Shown here in pieces: positions 48,871 to 59,300 of a stretch of 64,000 bases of DNA. Positions within the stretch are counted from its first letter, which is position 1. Each line of letters starts with the position of its first letter. A program made the position numbers and the translations under genes. The stretch comes from Lama glama (lineage: Eukaryota), in contig CM052831.1 of the NCBI GenBank assembly GCA_028534125.1, positions 26,970,001 to 27,034,000 of the forward strand, in the 5' to 3' direction. Under the pieces are notes generated by a model. That model saw nothing but the letters and a program-made list of their open reading frames with translations. It searched no databases and was not told the origin of the DNA.

Positions 48871-49099
48871 CCCTGAGGTTTTCTTAAAAAGCAGATGCAA
48901 AGTCAGAGGCCTGGGGTGGGCCCAGAAATCATCATTTTAAACAAGGTCGTAGGTGCCATCACTGATTTACTAGTCTGAGGACCACACTTGGAGTAGCAAA
49001 GTTTGACCCTTCTTTGCTCTGCACATCCCATCAGTGTTTCTGGACACTGGGGCTACCAGAGTTCTGTTCCCTGGCCTCCAAGGTCTGGGAGGGGCTTAC

Positions 49100-49141
49100 C
49101 TCGCCATTGAGGAAGCAGTAGAGGATGGCGACCACAAAACC
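49100..49141 (-). CDS. VIPR1: VIPR1 exon 12 (TM7)
   Basis: GFVVAILYCFLNGE, 42 nt, AG/GT. Confidence 0.96.
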
Positions 49142-49373
49142 CTGGAGAGGAAGGGAGCAGGAGAGGTGAGGTAGGCAGACCCTGGGAGCCCCCAGCCCTC
49201 CCCCTCCCCCCTGCTGTGTTCCCCTGGTTAAGCAAAAGGCTAAGCATACAGTAGGTTTTTAATCAATACTTATTACGATAAAAAGATTGGAGTCCAGTGG
49301 CAAGGGGCCAAGACCCCAGGTGAATTCCCTTAAAGCCCAGAGAAGAACGCAGCCTTAAGGTGACAGGTCATAC

Positions 49374-49503
49374 CTGGAAAGACCCCACGACGAGCTCAAA
49401 GACCATTTTCACTTCAGCCTTAAAGTTGTCGGGAAAGAAGGCGAACATGATGTAGTGTACTCCAAACAGGGGGATCAGCAGAAGGGTGGACTTGGTGAGC
49501 CTC
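49374..49503 (-). CDS. VIPR1: VIPR1 exon 11 (TM6-ECL3)
   Basis: [43 protein letters not shown], 130 nt. Confidence 0.96.
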
Positions 49504-51915
49504 CTGGGGACAGGGGAGGGGCAGGCAGTGGGTATAGGTGTCCACACATGTGGACACGTGGGGCACAGATGGGAACAATGACCAGATGTGTGAGGATGCA
49601 CTGTTGGTCCCTATAAGTACTGTGTCTACATCTGTTTCTGTTCCCTGTCTGCAGTGCTTATGTCCTGTCTTGACCCACAGCCGTCTTTGCCTGGACGGGA
49701 GCATGAGAGAGAGAGGGAGAAATCCCCCTATTTTCACTGCCTGATGGACAGAGTATAAAGGAGGGCCAGTGCTGACCCCCAAGGATGATGCGTGATAGTG
49801 GCATTTCAGGCTCTGTGGCCAATAATGAGGATATGTTCTCGAGCAACAGGAGATCCTGGCTTCCCCTCCCCTGGTCTCAGTTTCTCCAGTCTGTAGAATG
49901 GAACAAGTGTATGCTCAACAGGGTCAAGTAACAGAAGTGGGGCCCACTGTAAACTCGGAAGTGCTTTGGGTGCTATAAAGTGCAATGGGCTCACGAGAGA
50001 CCAATTCTCCACCGGGAAGGAAGGCATCTGGGAAGGAAGTCTTTGTGTTTGGGCTGCTGACCACTTGCCCAGGGCCTCTTGGGAAGATGGTGGGTTTGTG
50101 CCTGGTCACCAAGGATGACTCAGGGTCAACTAACACAGCCCTGTCTTTGGCTTCTCTGCTGTGTCCATTTCCCTAGGAAATGCCACCTTTTCCAGGATTG
50201 CATCCCTTCCCCTGCCACCCCCCTCCACCTCCCCACGTGAATACTCCCAGCATTCTTTGAAGGACCAGCTCCTCCTTCACTGGCCTTGTGTGCTCAGCAG
50301 TGTCCACAGTCACTCTAAATGACTCACCCCCTCTCCCGTGCAGCACGGCTCATCCTGGTTCAGACCCCCCAGCCACCTGACCTCAGTGCTGGTCCCCGCA
50401 GTTCTGTTCTCTGGCTAGGAGAGGTCTGAGGGGTAGGGTGTCTCTCTGCCTCTCTCTCTCTTGCCTTGGCAGTCAATCCAGGGAAGCCTAGACCTGGGCC
50501 TGAGGACCCACAGCAAACTGAGGGCAGAGAAACTGGCCATGTCCCTCCCACTCCTTCCTGGACCTGGTTCGCAGCCAGACCCATATCCTCCTGAGCACTG
50601 CCCACCTCCCCTTGACTGCAAACCTATCCTATGCGCCCGAGGCTGACAGATGGAGGCTTTCTTTAAATTGAAGGCTGGTGGGGAGGTGGAGAGTGGGCGC
50701 TGACAGCCCCTCCGCGGGAGCTCCGTCTCCTACTCCCTCCGCCCTGTCTGCCTGCCGACAGCTGTTCAGTTTCCACCTCACCCACGGGGACCTGGCGATG
50801 ACCGGCTCTGTTTCCGATTCAAGCCCTTTTGAGCAGTTGTACTTTGGGGAAAACAAAGTCCCCCAAGTGAAAGAGAGGAAGAGGGGGCACAGGCCTTGAT
50901 GTGCTACCCCTTGGCAGACTGCAGACCTCTGCAGGGCCTTCCCTTCTCAAACTGGAAGGGAAGCTCCGCCTCCACACCCCGGGGAAGGAGAGGGGGTGCC
51001 ATCACACCAGGAACGTGAGTCTTAGTCTCATCAGGGAGAATCACAGGCTTCTAGAATAGAATCCTAAATCCAGCAGCTCGTGACATTCTAACCAGGAATC
51101 TTAGAACCAGAACACAGATTCCCCTGAGAGAAGCCAGGCCAAGGAGAACATTCTAGAATCCCAGGACCCGAAGGCCCTTGTGGGATGCTCCAGGTTTGTC
51201 TTGTGTGTGCAGCTGATAATCCCCCGCTCCTATCTGTGGGCACTCAGACCTACTTACCCTCCCACAGTCACCCCCTTCATTTTCTTTTGTTCTGTCTGTA
51301 AGCCTTGTTCTCATGAAAACCTGCCTATGCTCCAGTCCCCCCAAGCACAGAACAGCCCTCACACCTTTCCAAGCAAGGATATGACCCCTGTCCCATGGAC
51401 CCTGTGCCCTCCCCCTGCCAAGGTGATGTGCTCCGAAGCCCTTGAGGAGGAGTGCGTGTCAGTTTCCTCATCTGTGAAATAGGGACAATTTAGAGGCGAC
51501 TGTATGGATGAAATGAGATGATGCCTAGAAACCCCAGGGCATTCATCTACTGTGCGTTTATTTTGCCCCTTTTTTTTCTGTGCCAGGCACACGCCTGGGA
51601 CTGGACACATAGTGTGAACAGGACAAACGTTATCTACCGTCTTCTCAAGCCCTCTGGCTTGGCAGCAGATACAGAGTCGGGCAGATCAGTCGCTAGGTAA
51701 GTCATGCAGGAGAAGCAGACCTGGGGCTCAAGGGCCTGGGGAGGGTGGGGCTGGGCAGGGGGACTTGTGGACTGAGCCAGGCCATGGAGGCGAAGGTGGG
51801 CAAGAACAAGGTGACTTTTTGATGACTCTGGAGGGGGACTTCCAGGGGACATGGGATGATTGAGGACTGGGGCTGGGGGATCTCTGGAAGGCTGGGGCCC
51901 TGGGCCTATACTCAC

Positions 51916-52007
51916 GAGTATGGGCGGCTGTCACTTTTTCTGACATCTGGGGGCCGCAGTTTCTGAACCAGGATTCCGATGATACGAATGAACAGGATGA
52001 AGTTCAC
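51916..52007 (-). CDS. VIPR1: VIPR1 exon 10 (TM5-ICL3)
   Basis: VNFILFIRIIGILVQKLRPPDVRKSDSRPYS, 92 nt. Confidence 0.96.
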
Positions 52008-52375
52008 CTGGTGGGCGGGGGCCAAGTTCAGGTGGTCAGAGCAGGGTTGCAGGGTGTCCAGCCCCCCGGGCAGATAGCCATTCTGCTTCCCCAGGGCCTG
52101 CTTACCCTTCCATCTTACCTCTCCCCTAGCTCTTCCCCTTGGGGAAAGTGATCCAGGAACACTCCACATATCTAAGGGCTGGGCCTCCCCTTCCGCTTTC
52201 TCTACTTTAGAGGGGGAGCTGGTGGGGAAGGGATGGGGAAGGTGCCGCATTAGCCGTTGGGAAGCTGAGGGTTCAGTTCTAACCTAGACACAAATTTCCT
52301 ATGGGGTCTTGGTAAGTTGTCTACCCACTCTGGGCCTCCATTTCTCCATCCCTGAGTGGTGGGAGGGGGCCTTAC

Positions 52376-52442
52376 CAAGATGGAGGCGAGGATGGGGGCC
52401 TTTATGATCCACCACAGTGAGGAGTTGATGGTGTCCCAGCAT
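52376..52442 (-). CDS. VIPR1: VIPR1 exon 9
   Basis: CWDTINSSLWWIIKAPILASIL, 67 nt. Confidence 0.96.
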
Positions 52443-52648
52443 CTGGGCAAGGTAGGTGGGGGGAGAACCAGAGAGGTTGTCCTCAGCCAGATAGAAAGAG
52501 CAGTCCTTCCATTGTCGCTGGCTCTGCCCCCAGACTCTTTAGAGACCACTGGTCCAGAGTCTGCTACTCCCAGGGCCCCCTCATCCCACCCAGGGGAACT
52601 GTCCCGAGTGATGGCAGCTGGTTGGGGGGGAGCAAGGTGACAGCTCAC

Positions 52649-52709
52649 CCATAATCCTCAAAGTGGATCCTGATGATGGTCCACACCATGGTGAATGTGC
52701 TGGGCACCC
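52649..52709 (-). CDS. VIPR1: VIPR1 exon 8
   Basis: VPSTFTMVWTIIRIHFEDYG, 61 nt. Confidence 0.96.
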
Positions 52710-53232
52710 CTGTGAGGGCCAAAGGAGAGAGAATCGGAGGAGATGGCATGGGAGGCAGAGGGAGAGGGTGAGGAGGAAGAACCAGGGAGAGAGGGGAGGG
52801 TGGGTTTCCAGTGCTGCCACCTGCAATGGCATAGTTTGTTCACTGGCTAAGATGCTCCACCCAGGGGGTGAAACTGAAGGCCTGAGGGGCTGTGTCCACC
52901 TAAAGGGGGAGTATTTTTCTCATTTTATCAGAGGTACTGTATTGACTAGCAGTGGCCCTGTGTGTTTCAAGGGCTAAAGGGGAAATGGAAGGATGTTTAG
53001 GGAACCTGTCTGTCCCACATGTCAGCCGGGGGTGCTCTGCAGCCAGGGGGCACCTACCCTGTGGCCAAACATTGAGGGGACTTTTCTCAACCCTTGGCTG
53101 AGCGCCTTGAATGTAGGACCTGCCGTGCAGGAAGACCTAAGGCTGCAGGCTGGGTTGGCCCCCACCCCCTAGTGAGCTCCCCAGGCCTCGCCCCCTCTGT
53201 CCCCAGCCTAGCTGCCCTCCCTGGTACCATAC

Positions 53233-53386
53233 CCCATCCGATGAATATGTACCCCCAGAAGTACTTCCGCTCGGAGAAGAAGGAGACGGCGAGCAGGGTG
53301 TGCAGGTAGAGGCCCTCCACCAGCAGCCAGAAGAAGTTGGCCATGACACAGTACTGGAATAAGACGACGGCTGCCTTACAGCCCAC
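53233..53386 (-). CDS. VIPR1: VIPR1 exon 7 (TM3-TM4)
   Basis: [51 protein letters not shown], 154 nt. Confidence 0.97.
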
Positions 53387-53619
53387 CTACAGGGGGAGGA
53401 GCAGAGAGGGCCTCAGTGGAGCTGACAGGGGTCCCTGCCTGCCCACATCTCTGGGGTGACAAACAGATCTGCAGTACAGCCAACTTAATCTCTTTGTTGT
53501 TTTTGTATTATCCCCTTAAAAATTTACTCAGTGGTTTTCCGATTATCCCTAATTTTAAATCATCTGATGCTTTGGAATAAGCTTGTGATTTTGATTCTGT
53601 CCAATAGTTTATTATCAGT

Positions 53620-54100
53620 TCATCTTCCTATCTATATATCTATCCACCCACCTACCCATCCAGTCATCCAACTACACACCTATCCATTTATCCATTTATT
53701 TACCCACCCACCCACTAGACATCCACTGCCACCTCATCCATCTACCCATCTGCCATCCATGCAGCCATCCATCATCTATCTATCTGCATCCAGCATCTTC
53801 CCATCCATCAGTCCATCCACACACTCACCTATCTTTCCATTCATCTACTATCCACCTACTAGACATCCATTGCCAACTCTTACATCCACCCATCTATCCA
53901 TCCATTCATCTGTCACCTGTCCATCAGTCTGCCCATCCATCCATCCACCCATCTACCCACCCACCCCTCATCTAGCCAGTTGTTCTTACTTTACCCATCT
54001 ATCCCTCCACCTTCTCAGTCATCCACACACCTGTTTACTTAGCCACCCATCTACCCACCCACCCACTTAACCCACCCTCCCCTACCACCTGCTCATTCAT
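53620..54100 (+). repeat. Degenerate (CCAT/CCAC)n low-complexity repeat
   Basis: Read directly from the sequence. Confidence 0.85.
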
Positions 54101-55785
54101 CTTATTCCAATTAGGACTGAAGGTAGCTGGAAGAGGTATGAGGGAGCATTCTTGCTTGCATTAGGAAGAGTCCCTTGAATGTGTAGGGCTGGGGACCATG
54201 GAGTAGGGCTTAGATAGAGTCGTTGGGGTGATGGGGATGGAGAAGAGGGAAGATGCAGGGGGGAGGAGAAATGAGGGAAAAGAGGAGAGGAGAGGGATGA
54301 TCATTCCTCCTGGGGGCCAAAGGATCTAGTGGAAGAATGGGTGGGTGAAGACAATGAGGAGTCAGGGAGACCCCTGAGCAGAGCAATCAGGGACTCTGGA
54401 CAGCCCATCTGGCATGATTAGAAGCTCTTCTGGACCCTCTGTCTTCTCCCAGAAATAGTATCCCATTTCAGATCCAGTCCAGATACCTGTGAGCCAGAGC
54501 TTAAAGCCACCCTCCTCCAGGATGCCCTCTGCTTTCTCTCCTCCCTGTGCCCTGAATGCAGGTTCCCACCCTCCCTTCCTGCGCCCTTGGCTTTGAGACA
54601 TCCTCAGAGAGCAGCCTACCCTCCTCTCCCAACAGTTGGAACGTCCCTCTTTAGGTCTTACTTCAGTCCTTCCTGCTACAGGCTTGTCTGTTTCCCTCAT
54701 CTTCCCCCATTTGCTTTACAACAAGAGTAACTCAGCTCTTTAGCAGGATGATTATCTGTGCTTCTCCTGTCCTTAGAAAAGCCTCACAGGGCTGCTAATG
54801 AATAGGGAAGCCGTTTTCCACAATTATCCTTAACAAGTGTGCCGGAGGCTGCAGGCTGCTCCCCGGGCTCCAAGGCTCACAATGCACAGGTCTGAGCCCA
54901 GCTCCTGATTCCCAGCTCCTCTGAGGAGCTCTGGGAATGGCCAGGGTGGCTCCCTTGCATGTTCCTTCCCATGTGTCAAGATGCCTGAGATTTTACCATC
55001 ACTCTGGAGAGATTCAATTTCAGTCTTTAAGGAGAAGGTACTGCTGACCCCTGAAATAATGCACTGCCTCTGAGGTCGCTCATGAGGCAATGAATGAGTC
55101 ACTGACCACAAGGAGTGGATGGGAGCCAGGGCTGATCTCAAGCTCTCAGTCTTAGCTCGGGGGGCACTCAGGGAGGGGACCTTGGGCTCAGAATCACCTG
55201 GAGATGGACTCCTTAGTGGTGGGCAATGAATTCCATAAATGTTCTCTTAACCTCCCTTTCCTGGGCAGGTCCAGAAGTGACTGATGGCAGAAGAACAAAC
55301 AGGAAGGCTGTGTATGTCTGGATAGGCTCCAGATGGCCGTGGCGGGGGGCAGGGGGTAGGCAGGGTGGCACAGTGAGCAGAGCCCTAGGTGTGCAGGTAG
55401 CAGAGGGGAGAGTTGGAAAGAAATTTAGAAGTCCTTGCACAGGTGGGGAAACTGAGGCAGGGAGTTCCCTAAGCTCACATGGGAAGTTAGCAGCAGTGGT
55501 GGGACGGGGGCTGTGGGCTCTGGCATAGAGTGTCCCATTTCCCACTGAACTGAGGTGTTTCTCATCGGCAGGAGGAGATCTGTGAACTCCCAATGGCCCA
55601 GCACCATCTCCTGCTGCTGGGAGGGGAGGGGGATTCAAGGAGCTGGCAGGTGGGGTCAGAGGGGCCCGTCTTTGGAGAAGGAGAGAGGGGAGGAAGAGGC
55701 AGGAGGGAGGAGGTGGGGAAGGAGAGGGAGAAGAGGAGATTCAGCTGAGGGATGGTAGAGGAAAGTGGGTCTGGTAGGTTCTCAC

Positions 55786-55918
55786 CGAGCCCTTGGAGCA
55801 GTGGTCCGACTCCTCGCTGTTGAAGAGGGCCAAGTCTTTGATGAAGACAGCGGCGGCCCTCAGGATGAAGGACATGAAGAGGTGCATGTGGATGTAGTTC
55901 CGCGTGCAGTGGAGCTTC
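55786..55918 (-). CDS. VIPR1: VIPR1 exon 6 (TM2)
   Basis: [44 protein letters not shown], 133 nt. Confidence 0.97.
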
Positions 55919-56324
55919 CTGGGGGTGGCAGCCAGATCTGGGAGGCTGAAGGGGCCTCAGACCCCCACCCGAACCAGCGCTGTCCAGTGCTCTGAGCAAG
56001 GGCGGGGCTGGGGGAGCTTGTAGCCTCTGAATGCAGGCCCCGCCCTGTCCCCAGGTATCGCTCCTCACGTGCAGCCTGGCCTCTAGGTGCTGCATTGCAG
56101 GGCACAGGCCCCACCCTTTGGTGCCCTGTCCCCAGGTGCAGGGCCATCCTGTGACGAGTGAGGCTGAGACAGGTGAACACTTTGGGCAGCCTGCTGTCTC
56201 TAGGGGAAGCTGACCTGGCAGGAGGGCTGGGGCAGGACTGTGTGTGCCTGGGGGCAGAGCATGCCTGGGTGAGGAGTGACCTGGCTGGTCTGCTTTGATG
56301 CCTGTTGCTGGGGCCGGACCTCAC

Positions 56325-56428
56325 CTGAACAGGCTCAAGATGGTGGTGGCGACCAGAAGGGCGGCAAGGGACAGGCTGTAGCCGATGGTGTAGCCAGTCT
56401 TCACAGAACTGTAGAACATTGTCTGCTG
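56325..56428 (-). CDS. VIPR1: VIPR1 exon 5 (stalk-TM1); start may shift by 3 nt at tandem acceptors
   Basis: QQTMFYSSVKTGYTIGYSLSLAALLVATTILSLFR, 104 nt. Confidence 0.93.
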
Positions 56429-57825
56429 CTGCTAGAGGGAAGTGGATCTTGGGTGGGGTGGGGTAGGCCCACGCAGGGGGAGTTGGCAGGGGCGGGTGCC
56501 CTCTACATCCGGCCTCCCATCTCTGCCTTTGGCAGATGAGGAGGCTGAGGCCCAGGGCTCCCAAGAGCAGCTGAGCTTCCCCTTCCAGTCCCCAGACCCC
56601 CTTGACCCCTGGTTTCCCACAGATGAGACAGGACTGTACCCCAGAGTGGGGGTTGAACTCAGGCCCTCTCTCTGCTCCCTCATGAGGGAAATGTCAGTGA
56701 GGGAAGGAGCAAAGATCTCACACGTTCCATTGGTCCATCCGTTCATTCCTCAGTCATGTGTCCAACACCTCTCTGGACCAACTCTGGGCTGGGCATCCTC
56801 GGGGACAAGACCACTTGCCCTTCAGACCCTGACATGAGGCCCCCTTGCCGAGTGGCAAGGAATGGAGAATGGGAAGAAGACACTGGGAAGAGGGTAATTT
56901 CCCATTTGGGACTGTCAGGGGCTGGGGTTAGCAGGAGGAGGGCATTCTGGCCTTCTGTGGGGCTGGGACAAAGCTGGACCCCAAGGACTTCCTGCCAGCC
57001 CTCCCCACAGACACACAAGCAGAGCCACGATCACTGGGCAGTCCCTCCTTCCTCCCCACCTCCCACACCCTGCCAGAATGGAGGCCAGTGGTTCGGAGGG
57101 ACTTAGGGGATATGGATCCTGCCTGAGGATCTGGTGGGCTCTGAAGGCTCTGAGGAAGTTGCTGCCCTCTGGGGAGAAGTAAAAGCCCTGTCTGCGAAAG
57201 GGCGTTGTAGGTGGGACAGATGTCATCACAGACAGACAGACACACGTGCACACATGTATTCACACACCATAGCAGCAAGAGGCACCTAGGCCAGGACTCC
57301 AATTATACTCCAGCCGCCCCAGCAATATTTCCCTGGCTCCTGGACGCACAGCCTTATAGAGACCACTTGTGCCCCAGGGCTCCTGGGACTGAGGACGATG
57401 GTCCTGTCCCTGACCCGGTCCTGATTGGCTGCTGGGTATCTGAGGCTGTTTCCTTCTGGGATCTGCACCTCAGTTTCCCCTCTGTGTGCGACAGGGAGGT
57501 GGGCTCTGTCTGCCCTGCCGTCCCCAGGCTGGAGCTAGGCTCCCACGAGGTAGTACAGGGATGGGGTGGCCTGGCCTGAGGATGCTGCTTCAGCTTTGCT
57601 GCTGTGGGTCATCCTCCTGGAAGCCCCTTCTGCCCCCCCTCAGGGGAGCCTGAGGATGAACCCCAAGACATGTGGTCCTGGAGAGGGAGGAGGCTCAGGG
57701 AGGGCAGACCCTGGGAGTCCTGGCTCCCACACAGAAGGCAGTGCGCCCCTTGGTGGGAGACAGTGGAAGGAGTGAGCAGGCCAGGACACTCTGGCGTGTG
57801 CGTGGGGGGGTGTACTGAGGCCCAC

Positions 57826-57932
57826 CTCATCCAAACCCGATGCCTTGTCTTCCAAGCCGCAGGCCACGTGGTAGGGGCCAGGCTCCAGGGGTGTCCAGCC
57901 CTCATCTGTGCAGCTGCGGCTCACGTTGCGGC
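57826..57932 (-). CDS. VIPR1: VIPR1 exon 4 (ECD)
   Basis: RNVSRSCTDEGWTPLEPGPYHVACGLEDKASGLDE, 107 nt. Confidence 0.96.
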
Positions 57933-58834
57933 CTGGGTGGAGGGCAGGGGCGGAGAGGAGAGAGGTTGAGGCCCGGGGCAGGTGGGTCGGTGGAGCAGGC
58001 GGGCCGGTGGAGCAGGCCTGGGGCCTGGCTGTCTGTGCTCAGCCCTTCTCCCAGCACCCCTGTGGCATCAGGCTCCAGCTGCTCTGAAACACCCAGGGTG
58101 TCACGGGGAAGCCTAGGGCAGGGAGAAGCCCCTCCAGGGTTGCCAGGGGACCCACTGACACAGATGACACTCAGAGTGGACATTCCTGGGCTCAGTCTGT
58201 CCCTTGTCATGTCTGAACTTGACCCCAGGGCAATGTAAACTCTGATCCTTGTCACAGGCGGCCTGGATCCTTGGCACGGAGTGATCCCTGACCCTAACCA
58301 CGAGCCAAATGCTAACCCTGGTCACAGGACCCTGGTGCGGCAGATGGTTTCTTAGTCCTGTGGGTACAGACAACCGCCTCTGGCTGTGGCAAGGGGCCCC
58401 AGCCCATAGGCCTGGCTTTCCTTTCACACCTATCAGGGGTCCTGGGGTTGGGGATAGTTCAGATGAGCTCCTGGAGAGGGACCAAACGTGAGGCAGGAGG
58501 CAGGTGGGGGTTGGATGACATCTGACGAGGGTGCAGATCTGAAGTCTGCACACAGGGAGAAGCAGGAGGCACGCGTGAGGGGAATCACGCAGCACAACCA
58601 TGTGGGGTCTCGGGGCTGAGCCACTGAGGCTGGGGCTCCAGGGCAGTGGCACCGTCCACTGAACCTGGAGGCCCAGGGCTGCAGCAAAGAACAGGGCTGC
58701 TAAGGGGCCATGTGAGGTGAGGGGTACCCCCGAGGCTCCCCACTCTCCAGGGAGGGGAAGGGCTGAATAGAAAATGGGTGAGCCAGAGAAGGGTCCCCCT
58801 CTCCTCTCTCAGGACTCACGACAGAAGCACTGAG

Positions 58835-59300
58835 TCTGGGAGAGAGGGGTGGGTGGGAGAGAGAAGGAGGGAAGAGGAGGGGAAGGAGGAGGGAGAGAGG
58901 AGGAGGGGAGAGAGAGAACAGGTAGGAGAAGGAGGTAAGGGGATGAGGAAGAAGGAGCAGGGGAGAAAAGTAGGGAAAGAGAGAAGGCAAGGTGATGAGG
59001 AAGAGCCAAGAGAGAAGACGGGTCCAACATCTTTGCCCTCTAGCTCCTTTCTCACCTGCACCAGCACCACCAGCGTCATCAGTCTCATCCCCATCACCGC
59101 CATTGTCACCAGTGCCACCATCATCATCACCACCATCAGCACCACCAGCAGTACCACCAGCAGCACAGCATCATCACTCTCATCCCAATCTCCATCACTG
59201 CCATTGTCAACAGTGCCACCATCATCATCACCACCATCAGCACCACCAGCAGTACCACCAGCAGTACCACCAGCAGTGCCAACATCATCACCATCATCAC
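58835..59300 (+). repeat. Purine-rich tract followed by a degenerate (CAC/CAT/CAG)n repeat
   Basis: Read directly; includes an ~101-bp internal duplication. Confidence 0.85.

Noticed and set aside
53531-54070. 179-aa His/Pro/Ser-rich ORF
   Set aside because: Translation of the CCAT repeat.
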